In this document: positions 37,120 to 45,795 of the stretch, piece after piece | Numbering within the stretch: the stretch's first letter is position 1 | Layout of the letters: each line of letters begins with the position of its first letter | Source: Desulfobaccales bacterium | GTDB taxonomy: Bacteria; Desulfobacterota; Desulfobaccia; Desulfobaccales; 0-14-0-80-60-11 | Direction of reading: 5' to 3' | NCBI GenBank assembly: GCA_050014275.1 | Contig: JBEKDQ010000001.1 | Span: 648 to 64,647, forward strand | Length of the DNA stretch: 64,000 nt | Position numbers and translations under genes: made by a program | Notes under the pieces: generated by a model | What the model was told of the DNA's origin: nothing | Databases searched by the model: none | What the model saw: the letters and a program-made list of their open reading frames with translations, nothing else

Positions 37120-37535
37120 GCGACTTTGAACCCAAGATCATCGCCTTTCTCTGTAACTGGTGCTCTTACGTGGCCGCGGACGCCGCCGGGGTCTCCCGCT
37201 TCGTCCAGAAGCCCAACGTCCGGGTGATCCGGGTGGCGTGCTCCGGCATGGTGGACCCGAGCTACATCCTCAAGGCCTTCGCCCAGGGGGCGGACGGCGT
37301 CCTGGTGGGCGGCTGCTGGCCGGGGGACTGCCACTACATCGCCGGCAATCACAAGGCCATGCGCCGGGCCCCACTCCTGAAAAAACTGCTTAGCGAAATG
37401 GGCGTGGAGGAAGGGCGCTTCCGCCTGCAATGGATCGCCGCTTCCGAACCCGGCCCCTATGCCAAGACCATCAATGAAATGACTGAAGTGATTCGCAAAC
37501 TAGGTCCGTTTCCCCTGAAAAGGAGCGCTGCGTGA
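37116..37535 (+). CDS. mvhD: MvhD/FlpD-like [2Fe-2S] electron-transfer protein
   Basis: 139 aa. Has IIAFLCNWCSY…RVACSG…GGCWPGDCHY, the MvhD signature. ATGA overlap with hdrA. Confidence 0.85.
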   Translation: MSDFEPKIIAFLCNWCSYVAADAAGVSRFVQKPNVRVIRVACSGMVDPSYILKAFAQGADGVLVGGCWPGDCHYIAGNHKAMRRAPLLKKLLSEMGVEEGRFRLQWIAASEPGPYAKTINEMTEVIRKLGPFPLKRSAA

Positions 37536-38539
37536 GCCGGGCGGAGAAGAAAAAGAAGCTGGCCGTCTATACCGCCACGGGATGCCGCGCCTGTGAGCAG
37601 GCCCTCTTGGACCTGAACTACGAAGTCAATGACCTGAGCCGCTTTGCCGAGATAGTCTTCTGGCCTTATATATTGGGCTCGACGTGGGCCGCCCTGGACG
37701 AGACCGAGGTGGATGTCGCCTTTTTCGCCGGGGCCATCCGCACTGCGGCGGATCGCCAGGCGGCCCTGAAGCTCCGGGAAAAGTCCCGGTTGCTGGTGGC
37801 CGTAGGGGCCTGCGCCGCCTTCGGGGGCCTGCCGGGGTTGGCCAATCTGGCGGCGCCGGCGCCGGAAGTCCCCGGCGCCGCCAGGTCCAACGGGGAACCG
37901 GCCCTTCCCGGGATCGAACCCCGGGTCTCGGCTCTGTCCCTGATCGTGCCGGTCGATTATGTCGTCCCAGGCTGCGTCCCGACCCAGAACCTCCTCTGGG
38001 CCGCCATGCTGGCCCTGGTCTGCCAGGGCGCCTCACCGGCCCGGCTCTCTTATGCCGCCGCCCGGCTGCCGGCGGCGCTGGCCGAGGCCATCGCCGCCGG
38101 CGTCCTGCCGCCCCGGGGCAGCACCTTTGCTGGCGAAAAGTCGGTCTGCGCCAGTTGCTCCCGGATCAAGGAGGAAAAGAAGTTTGGGACCTGCAAGCGC
38201 CCTTACCAGGAATACCAGGAAACCGGCCGCTGCCTGTTGGAGCAGGGTGTGATCTGCCAGGGCGTGGCCACCCAGGAAGGCTGCGGCGGCCTCTGCACCG
38301 GGGTGGGGATTCCCTGCCGGGGCTGCTTCGGCAAGGCCCCGGCCATCTTCGACCCCGGCGCCAAGATGGTGTCGGCCATCAGCTCCACCTTCGACTCCAG
38401 CAACCCCCAGGAGATCGCGGCGTTGGTGGAGAACTTCGTAGACCTGGCGGGCACCTTTTACCGCTACGTGTTGCCGAGCCAATGCGCCCTTTTGGTGACG
38501 CCCAGCAAGGTTGAGAAAGATGCAGACGATAACCTTTGA
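37532..38539 (+). CDS. Group-3 [NiFe]-hydrogenase small-subunit-like FeS protein (MvhG-like)
   Basis: 335 aa. Has the proximal-cluster pattern TGCRAC…GACAAFGG…VPGCVP and a C-terminal Cys-rich region (CASCS…C…C…CQG…CGGLC…CRGC). GTG start overlaps the mvhD stop. Confidence 0.75.
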   Translation: MSRAEKKKKLAVYTATGCRACEQALLDLNYEVNDLSRFAEIVFWPYILGSTWAALDETEVDVAFFAGAIRTAADRQAALKLREKSRLLVAVGACAAFGGLPGLANLAAPAPEVPGAARSNGEPALPGIEPRVSALSLIVPVDYVVPGCVPTQNLLWAAMLALVCQGASPARLSYAAARLPAALAEAIAAGVLPPRGSTFAGEKSVCASCSRIKEEKKFGTCKRPYQEYQETGRCLLEQGVICQGVATQEGCGGLCTGVGIPCRGCFGKAPAIFDPGAKMVSAISSTFDSSNPQEIAALVENFVDLAGTFYRYVLPSQCALLVTPSKVEKDADDNL

Positions 38540-39824
38540 TTCATTGCGCTGGCAGGAACAACCGGCCCGGGTCACCATCACGGTCAACGGTGGGCCGCCC
38601 CAGGTCTACTTTCAAAGAATCGCCCCCCGGGAAGTGGCGGCCCTGTGCCAGGGACGGCCGGTGGAGGAGTTGCCCCGGATCCTGGCCATCCTGTCTCCGG
38701 CCCATCATCTCTGCGCCGCCCGGGCCCTGGACCGGCTCTTTGGGGTGGAGCCGCCGCCGCTGGCCCTGAATATGCGGGAGGCCCTGCGCCAGGCCTTATT
38801 TTACCGGCATCACTTGCAGAAATTCTATTTTCTGCTCACTTCGCTGGAGAATCCCTTTATGGATTTCTGGTCCTCCGAGGCCCGCCGCGGGCTGCACACC
38901 ATCCCGCACCAGCTTTTTGACGACCTCCGGCGCCACGTGTCGCTGGCCCAGGAGGCGGCCGGCATCCTGGGGGGGCGGGCTGACCATCCGGTGACCGCGG
39001 TGGCCGGCGGGGTGAGCCGTTACCTGAAAGAGGACAACTACCCGCGGCTGGCCGAAATCGCTGCGGCCTGCCGGAACTATGGCCTGCGGCTGGCCGAGTT
39101 CCTCCGGGAAGAGGTCTTGGCTGAGGGGAAAATGGCGGATCTCCTGGAGCTGGCAACCGTGCCCCTGGCCACCCTGGCCCTGGGGCCCGAACCCGACAGT
39201 CTGATCTTGAGGGACGTTGCGGGCCAGGAAACGGCCCGTTTCGCCGCCGCTGCCCTCTTCGAAAAAATCGGGCTGCATCATGAGACCTGGACCTATGAAC
39301 CTTTTGCCTTCCTCCGGGATAAGGGCTGGAAAGACTTGGGCGCCGAGCCGATGGACAGCCTCTTCTTCGTCGGCCCCCTGGCCCGCCTGAACAATGGTGC
39401 GCCCCTGGCCGCGCCTTTGGCCGAGGCTGAGCGCCAACGGCTGATTGCGGCCCTGGGGCCCTTCCCTCATTTCAGTGTGGCGGCGGCCTATTGGGCCTTG
39501 CTGGTGGAACTGCTGGAGGCGGCGGAGCACCTGGTCGTCCTGTGCGAGGTGGAAAAGCTGACCGGTCCGGCCCTGCGCACCATTCCCGCCGGCCCGGGCC
39601 GGGCAGGCCATGCCGCCCTGGAGGCGCCCGAGGGCCTCATCTACCACCATTTTCAAGCCGATGAGCACGGCCTGGTCCGGGAGGCCCAAGTCCTGGAGGC
39701 GGCTACGGAAAATAATGGACTTTTCGGACTCCTGACCCGGCAGACGGTGGAGGCTGCCCTGGCCCGGAAACAACCCTGGGAGGAGACCAAAGAGAGGATC
39801 GAATTGAGCCTGCTGCCTTTTTAA
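38520..39824 (+). CDS. [NiFe]-hydrogenase large-subunit homolog lacking all Ni-Fe cysteine ligands (pseudo-hydrogenase subunit)
   Basis: ~434 aa. Retains the large-subunit landmarks EELPRIL…, GGRADHPVTAVAGG and LEAPEGLIYHHF…ATENN. The N-terminal RxCGxCxxxH position reads AILSPAHH. The C-terminus ends …KERIELSLLPF where DPCxxCxxH is expected. Only four isolated Cys, none in a CxxC pair. Confidence 0.7.
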   Translation: MQTITFDSLRWQEQPARVTITVNGGPPQVYFQRIAPREVAALCQGRPVEELPRILAILSPAHHLCAARALDRLFGVEPPPLALNMREALRQALFYRHHLQKFYFLLTSLENPFMDFWSSEARRGLHTIPHQLFDDLRRHVSLAQEAAGILGGRADHPVTAVAGGVSRYLKEDNYPRLAEIAAACRNYGLRLAEFLREEVLAEGKMADLLELATVPLATLALGPEPDSLILRDVAGQETARFAAAALFEKIGLHHETWTYEPFAFLRDKGWKDLGAEPMDSLFFVGPLARLNNGAPLAAPLAEAERQRLIAALGPFPHFSVAAAYWALLVELLEAAEHLVVLCEVEKLTGPALRTIPAGPGRAGHAALEAPEGLIYHHFQADEHGLVREAQVLEAATENNGLFGLLTRQTVEAALARKQPWEETKERIELSLLPF

Positions 39825-39867
39825 TCGAATCGTCTCGGGCCTGCAGGCCTCAGGAGGACTAGCGTTC

Positions 39868-40359
39868 ATGTTGAAGACCTTGATTGTGGATGCCCAGAAA
39901 TGTTCCGGGTGCCGTTCTTGCGAGAACTACTGCGCCCTCAAGCACGGGGGCTTATGCAACCCCGCCAGGGGTAGGATTCACGTGGTCAAGTGGGAACGGG
40001 AAGGGATCTTCGTGCCCATCAACTGCCGGCGCTGCGAGAAGCCGGCCTGCGAGCAGGTCTGTCCCAAGCACGCCACCTACCGCAACTTCGACACCGGCGC
40101 CCTGGAGGTGGATGCGGCCCGCTGCATCGGCTGCCTGAACTGCGTCTCCGCCTGTCCCTTCGGGGCCACCTTCGTGGACCCGGAGAGCGGCGAGGTCCTG
40201 AAGTGCGACCTGTGCGACGGCGACCCCACCTGCGTCAAGGTCTGCCCCACCGGGGCCTTGACTTTTGAAGACCTCTCCAAAGAGGCTTACCTCAAGCTGA
40301 TCGCCTGTGCGGACCAGATTCCCCTGCTGGTCCGGGAGGCTATCGGGAGGCAGGAATAA
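39868..40359 (+). CDS. Multi-cluster 4Fe-4S ferredoxin-like subunit (AorA/BamC-like) paired with AOR copy 2
   Basis: 163 aa. Has CSGCRSCENYC, CRRCEKPACEQVCP, CIGCLNCVSACP and CDLCDG…CVKVCP. Its stop overlaps the start of the next gene (TAATG). Confidence 0.85.
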   Translation: MLKTLIVDAQKCSGCRSCENYCALKHGGLCNPARGRIHVVKWEREGIFVPINCRRCEKPACEQVCPKHATYRNFDTGALEVDAARCIGCLNCVSACPFGATFVDPESGEVLKCDLCDGDPTCVKVCPTGALTFEDLSKEAYLKLIACADQIPLLVREAIGRQE

Positions 40360-42248
40360 TGTACGGCTGGGTTGGCAAGATACTTAAAGTCGATCTTACC
40401 GAAGGCAAGATCAGCACGGAGCCCACCGAGGCTTACGTGGACGAATACATTGGCGGCCGCGGCCTGGGGGTCAAGCTGATCTACGATAACTATAAGCCCG
40501 GCACCGGCGCCCTGGAGCCGGGCAATCCGCTGCTGTTCAATACCGGGCCGCTCTCCGGCACCGCTATGCCCGGTTCGGGCCGGGTGGACGTCACGGCCCT
40601 GTCCCCCATGAGCAACCTCAGGGCCAAGTCCAACTTCGGAGCCTATTGGGGCCCGGAGCTCAAATTCAACGGCTTCGACCATCTGTTCATCACCGGCAAG
40701 GCCGAGAAACCCTGCTACCTCTGGATCCACGACGGCAAGGTGGAGATTCGCCCCGCCGAACACCTCTGGGGTCAGGATACCCACGAGACCCAGAAGCTGA
40801 TCCAGCAAGAGCTGGGCGACCCGGAGATCAAGGTGGTCTGCATCGGCCCGGCGGGGGAAAACCTGGTGCGCTTCGCCTGTCTGATCAGCGAGACTGGCGA
40901 CGCCGCCGGACGCACCGGTATGGGGGCGGTGATGGGCTCCAAGAACCTGAAGGCCGTGGCGGTACGCGGCACCGGCAGCGTGCGGGTGGCCCACCCCGAG
41001 AAGTTCCTGGAACTCTCCATCCAGGTGAACCGAGAAGTCCGGGAAAGCCCCGCCTACCAGGAGCTCTCCTCCTGGGGCGTGGCCCGGGGCGTGCAGATGA
41101 TGTATCAGATGGGCTTCTTCCCGGTGGGCTACTTCGAAGACGTCTGCGTTGACGAAATCTGCCAGAAATATGCGGCCCCCGCCTACGTCGAGCAGCATCA
41201 GCTCAAGAACGTCGGCTGCTTCAACTGCCCGGGACGCTGCATGAACTTCCTGTCGGTGCCAGGCTTGGGCAAAGGCGTGACCTCCTGCGAGCCCTTCAGC
41301 GGCTTCACCGGCGCCGTCTGGAACCTGGACATGGACACCTTCTGGGAGGCGACCCTCCTGGTCAATAAGCTGGGCATCGACTGCACCGAGACCTCGGCCT
41401 CCATCGGCCTGCTGATGGAGCTCTTCCACGAAGGCATCATCACCGAAAAGGAGACGGACGGCATCCCTATGGTCCGGGGCAGCAAGGAGGCCATCCTCAC
41501 CACCATCCGCAAGATCGCCGCCCGGGAGGGCTACGGCGAGTTGCTGGCCCAGGGCCAGAAGGCCTTCACCAGCCAGATCGGCCCGGCGGCGGTGGAGAAG
41601 TTGGACCTGGTCAAGGGCCTGGCGCCCCATGCCTATGAATTCCGCTCCTTCCACGGCACCGCCCTGATGCAGGCCGTGGGCCACCGGGGCGACCCGCTGC
41701 CGCTGCGGGGCAGCCTCCTGGAAGTGGACTGGAACCACGCCCCGGAATGGTTCCAGCAAGTGGCTAAAGAACAGTTCGGCAGTGAAGAGGCGGCCATCCC
41801 CACCTCTTACGAGGGCAAGGCCATGTCCGCGGTGATCTCCGAACACCTGGAGCGGGTGCCAGACAACCTGGGCATCTGCAAGTGGATCTACGGCCTCTTC
41901 GCCTATCAAGATGTCAACATGGCCCTCCGCCTGTTCAACCTGGCCACCGGCAAGGACTGGGATATGGCGCAACTCCTTAAGGTCTCCGAAAAGGTGCGCA
42001 ACCTGGAGCGCATGTTCGACGTGCGCCAGGGCCTGACCCGCAAGGACGACGATCTGCCCAAGAAGTTCTTTGAGGTGCCCCTCTCCAAGGGCAAATTTGC
42101 CGGGGAGGTCCTGGACCGGGCCAAGTTCGAAAAGATGAAGGACGAGTACTATGAGATCCGGGGCTGGAATAAAGAAACCGGCATCCCCACCCGGGAGAAG
42201 CTGGTGGAGCTGGGCCTAGAGGCGGTGGCCGACGAGGTGCTGAACTAG
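40359..42248 (+). CDS. Tungsten aldehyde:ferredoxin oxidoreductase-family protein (AOR copy 2, long form)
   Basis: 629 aa. AOR N-domain (GKILKVDLTEGKIS…GGRGLG), then …GRTGMGAVMGSKNLKA… and pterin-binding domains. Clearly divergent from copy 1 and ~50 aa longer. Confidence 0.9.
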   Translation: MYGWVGKILKVDLTEGKISTEPTEAYVDEYIGGRGLGVKLIYDNYKPGTGALEPGNPLLFNTGPLSGTAMPGSGRVDVTALSPMSNLRAKSNFGAYWGPELKFNGFDHLFITGKAEKPCYLWIHDGKVEIRPAEHLWGQDTHETQKLIQQELGDPEIKVVCIGPAGENLVRFACLISETGDAAGRTGMGAVMGSKNLKAVAVRGTGSVRVAHPEKFLELSIQVNREVRESPAYQELSSWGVARGVQMMYQMGFFPVGYFEDVCVDEICQKYAAPAYVEQHQLKNVGCFNCPGRCMNFLSVPGLGKGVTSCEPFSGFTGAVWNLDMDTFWEATLLVNKLGIDCTETSASIGLLMELFHEGIITEKETDGIPMVRGSKEAILTTIRKIAAREGYGELLAQGQKAFTSQIGPAAVEKLDLVKGLAPHAYEFRSFHGTALMQAVGHRGDPLPLRGSLLEVDWNHAPEWFQQVAKEQFGSEEAAIPTSYEGKAMSAVISEHLERVPDNLGICKWIYGLFAYQDVNMALRLFNLATGKDWDMAQLLKVSEKVRNLERMFDVRQGLTRKDDDLPKKFFEVPLSKGKFAGEVLDRAKFEKMKDEYYEIRGWNKETGIPTREKLVELGLEAVADEVLN

Positions 42249-42416
42249 CGGGCTGTTGAAAAACTCCTTAAAAAGAGGAGTTCTTGTAGGGGCGACTCGC
42301 TGAGCCGCCCGGGCGACCCAAGGTTTGCTGAAACACCCGCTAGGTTTTAACAGCCTGTTAAAGAAGAATTCGCAGGCTGGCTTCAATAATGGAAAGGTTC
42401 TCACGGGGTCATAAAG

Positions 42417-43244
42417 ATGTCCCTTCAGGCGATAGCCAGGCGGGCGATGCGAGGCGGCCGGGAATTCCTGCTGGCGCCGATGGCGAGCCTGCAGGCCTGG
42501 GCAGCGGCACGGAGTCTCAGTCTGAGCCGGGCCCAGGAACTGGCCCTGGAGGCGGGCATCTTCCCCGAAGTCCTGGAGCGCAATTTCCCCACCCTGACCC
42601 CGGCGCAACAGCTCACCTTATGGCGGGGCAGCGCCCTGGTGGTGGGGCTGGGGGGCCTGGGGGGCTGCCAGGCGATGCTGCTGGCCAGGGCCGGGGTGGG
42701 CCGCCTCTACCTGGCGGACGGCGACGCCTTCACTCCCTCCAACCTCAACCGCCAGTTGCTGGCCACCGCCCTCACCCTGGGGCAGAACAAGGCCGTGGTC
42801 ACCGCCCGCCATCTCCGGGAGATCAACGAAGGCCTCCTCGTTGAGGCCCTCCCGGAATTTCTGGATCAGGAGCGGCTGCGGGAGGTTCTGCCCGCGGTGC
42901 GGGTGCTGCTGGACGCCCTGGATACCCTTAGGGCCCGGCGGGACCTGATCGCCGCGGCCCAACAGGCCGGGGTGCCGGTGGTGCACGGCGCGGTGAACGG
43001 CGTCTTTGGCCAGGTGACCACCATCATGCCCCAGGATCGCGCGGAGTTTAACCCTTATCCGCTCTTGGAAGCCCCGGGGCCGGAGACCCCTCCCGGGGTG
43101 CTGGCCCCCACTGTCACCCTGACCGCCAGCCTCCAGACCTTGGAGGCCATCCGCCTGCTGCTGGGAAAAGAGCCCCACTACCGGGGCCGCCTGGCCCACT
43201 TCGACGGCGATACCGGCCGCCTGGAGATCTTGCCGCTGGGTTGA
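42417..43244 (+). CDS. ThiF/MoeB/HesA-family E1-like adenylyltransferase
   Basis: 275 aa. Has VVGLGGLGGCQAMLLARAGVGRLYLADGDAFTPSNLNRQ, i.e. the nucleotide-binding GxGxxG plus the SNLNRQ motif. No rhodanese domain. Confidence 0.8.
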   Translation: MSLQAIARRAMRGGREFLLAPMASLQAWAAARSLSLSRAQELALEAGIFPEVLERNFPTLTPAQQLTLWRGSALVVGLGGLGGCQAMLLARAGVGRLYLADGDAFTPSNLNRQLLATALTLGQNKAVVTARHLREINEGLLVEALPEFLDQERLREVLPAVRVLLDALDTLRARRDLIAAAQQAGVPVVHGAVNGVFGQVTTIMPQDRAEFNPYPLLEAPGPETPPGVLAPTVTLTASLQTLEAIRLLLGKEPHYRGRLAHFDGDTGRLEILPLG

Positions 43245-44198
43245 TGTCTTGGGAAGGGGGCCAGGTCTTCCACAGGCGAGACGCCTGTGCCACTGGCCCT
43301 GTCCCCCTCCCTAACAGGTTGGCCGAAAGTCTAATCGATGAAGGGGCCATCGACCTGGTGGGCCGCATCATGCACTTCGCCAAAGCACCAAAGGCCAAGA
43401 AGGGGCGCCTGGGCTTGCGGAGGAAGACCCCAATTGGCCATGGACTGAGATAGATTATCAATTTGAAATAATTCAAAATATCCTGATATGGGGTTCGTTG
43501 GGGCCAAAACGGGAAGCGCCAGCGCCGGCTGGAGGCAAGGCCCACCTTCGGAAGAAGCATCCTTCGGTGCCGATTAATTATTTATAATTATAATCAATAC
43601 TTAACCAATACCACCTCTGATTTAACAATCTATCGGCGGTGGGAGGTGTTGGCGCAGATTTTGCTTAATAGAAATCAGCCATTCTATCTTTCGACGGAGG
43701 AAGGGGGTAGGTAACCACAAGCGCGGTGATCCTCTGTATTTGGGGATTTTCTTTGATTCATCTGTGTCAAAGAGCCATCGATCCCAAAATGGAGGAAAGA
43801 CATGATCCCCCGGCATGCTCCTGGTCTAGTCGCTCATTTTGTGGGTCGTGGTGGGTCTGTGGATTCCGGCCTTCTCCCTTATGCTGACCGGTGCCCTGCT
43901 GCTTTGCCATTGAGCTTGAGGTTTTTCTGTCTTGGTTTAGAAAGGTTGATTAACCCCCAGCTTCCGGATCGGAAACGGGACCAAGGGCCCAGGGGTCTCC
44001 CGCCTGCTACCACGTCTTACTGCAGGCGCTTTCACAGGTGAACAGGAAACCCCCAGGTTCTACTTCACCAGAGGAAAGGGGGCTGATACGGCTGCACTAT
44101 GGCTGCACAACCCATTAGTCAAGGGGCAGTGTCGCAAGGATTGGATTGACTCGTGAAGGCAAATTTCTTCACCCAAAGCCATGAGGAGGCATAAAGCT

Positions 44199-45707
44199 AT
44201 GGTAGAGTACGTTTATGAACCGACAAAATGGAATGAGATGAAGGCACCGATTCAAGGCGGGAGAGACACCTATCAAGCCAAGAGTTGGAATCCCACCTCC
44301 AAAAAATGGGGGCCCTGGACGAAAGACGGGCCGGCCAAGGTCTGGTTTTCCGAGGCGAATGCCACCAACTGGACCGAGTCCATGATCTGCAAAACCAAAG
44401 ACCTCTTCTATGAAGCCAAACTTAATGAGTGCTTCCAGAAAGGCGATGAGGTGGCGATCAAGATCCATTACGGCGAATGGAACCGGACGGCCATTCTCCG
44501 GCCGGAGTACATTGCCGCCATCATCGAGGAAGTGAAATCCTGCGGCGGCAATCCCTATGTAGTGAATGACACCACCCTGTCCTACCACACCTATAACAGC
44601 ATGGCGATTTCCCAATACCAGATGGAAGGCGCCATCCGCCATGGTTACACCGATGCCACCTTCGGCTGCCCGGTGCTTATCGCCGACGGCTACTCCGGCG
44701 AGGATGATTACCGGGTAGAGCTTCCCGAGGGCCTCATCCTCAAAGAGACCTTCATCGGCCGGGCCATTGCCGAAGCCGATGCCATGATCGTCATCGGACA
44801 TGCCCGGGGCCATTCGATCACGATGTATGGCGGCGTTTTGAAGCAATTGGGCATCGGCTGCCAGTCGAAGCGCGGCAAGTATATCACCCACCTGGCCCAC
44901 TGGGGCGACCCCCACGACGCCATCGGCTGGCCGAAGTTCACGGATAAGTGCCCGGGCAAGGCCTGCAAGTTCCACCAGATGTGCGACGATTCCTGTCCCC
45001 GCAATGCCCACCACGTCTTCGAGCACGGAAAGGTGTGGTATCCGGAGCGCTGCCGGCTCTGCTACTCCTGCCAGGTTACCTGCATCTTCTCCGGCATGAC
45101 CGGCATCACCTTCGAGGAAAACTACTTCCCCAATGCCATGATCGCCCATGCCGACGCTGCCCTGGGGGCCCTCAAATGCTTCGATCGGGGCAAAGTAGGC
45201 TTCATCAACTGCGCCATCGACGTGGTCCCGGAATGTGACTGTTTCCCCTGGGCCGGTCTTGCCATCTGCCCGGATGTGGGCATCCTGGCCAGCCGGGACA
45301 TGGTTGCCCTCGAAAATGCCACCCTGGACCTCATCGACAATGCTCCCATAACCCCCGGTTCGGTGGCCCAGGAAAAGGGATTGAAGCCCGGAGACGACAA
45401 ATTTAAGGTTGTCAACGGTTTCAGCCCCCGCATCACGATGGCGGCGGCGGAAAAGATCGGCTGTGGCACCGGGAAATACGAGATGGTCAATTATGAACCC
45501 ATCTTGAACCCGGAAAATGCCATGAAGTGGCAGATCCGGAAAGGCGGCATCGCCAACCACCGGCCCACCACCGTCCGCCTGCGGGAGGTGTTCAGAAAGC
45601 ATGACCTGGCCACGGAAGTCATGCCTTTCCGGCGGACGGCCTACAACAAGGAGTGGGTCTGGGACAACTGGAAGGAGTATGACCCTCTCAAGGGTGCAAA
45701 GGCTTAA
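44199..45707 (+). CDS. DUF362-domain Fe-S protein (COG2768-like) with inserted ferredoxin-type cysteine motifs
   Basis: ~502 aa from the ATG 9 nt downstream of GAGGAGG. DUF362-like core (…VAIKIHYGEW…, …VIGHARGH…), plus CPGKACKFHQMCDDSCP and CRLCYSCQVTC motifs. Confidence 0.65.
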   Translation: MVEYVYEPTKWNEMKAPIQGGRDTYQAKSWNPTSKKWGPWTKDGPAKVWFSEANATNWTESMICKTKDLFYEAKLNECFQKGDEVAIKIHYGEWNRTAILRPEYIAAIIEEVKSCGGNPYVVNDTTLSYHTYNSMAISQYQMEGAIRHGYTDATFGCPVLIADGYSGEDDYRVELPEGLILKETFIGRAIAEADAMIVIGHARGHSITMYGGVLKQLGIGCQSKRGKYITHLAHWGDPHDAIGWPKFTDKCPGKACKFHQMCDDSCPRNAHHVFEHGKVWYPERCRLCYSCQVTCIFSGMTGITFEENYFPNAMIAHADAALGALKCFDRGKVGFINCAIDVVPECDCFPWAGLAICPDVGILASRDMVALENATLDLIDNAPITPGSVAQEKGLKPGDDKFKVVNGFSPRITMAAAEKIGCGTGKYEMVNYEPILNPENAMKWQIRKGGIANHRPTTVRLREVFRKHDLATEVMPFRRTAYNKEWVWDNWKEYDPLKGAKA

Positions 45708-45795
45708 GGTAAATCATTTCACTGGGGAGGGGGGATCCCCTCCCCAAGCTTGTTAATGAAGATTATATTTATATTTAGAAAAAGGTGCGGGTCAC

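Noticed and set aside
29773-42248. Selenocysteine (in-frame TGA) in the MopB, HdrA or MvhD-like genes, as seen in related deltaproteobacterial proteins.
   Set aside because: All of these ORFs are continuous without an internal TGA, so the Cys versions are encoded. No SECIS search is needed to explain the gene models.
43802-43915. Short hydrophobic reading frames (for example …LWVVVGLWIPAFSLMLTGALLLCH) suggesting a membrane micropeptide.
   Set aside because: Only non-ATG starts are available, there is no RBS, and other frames compete equally.
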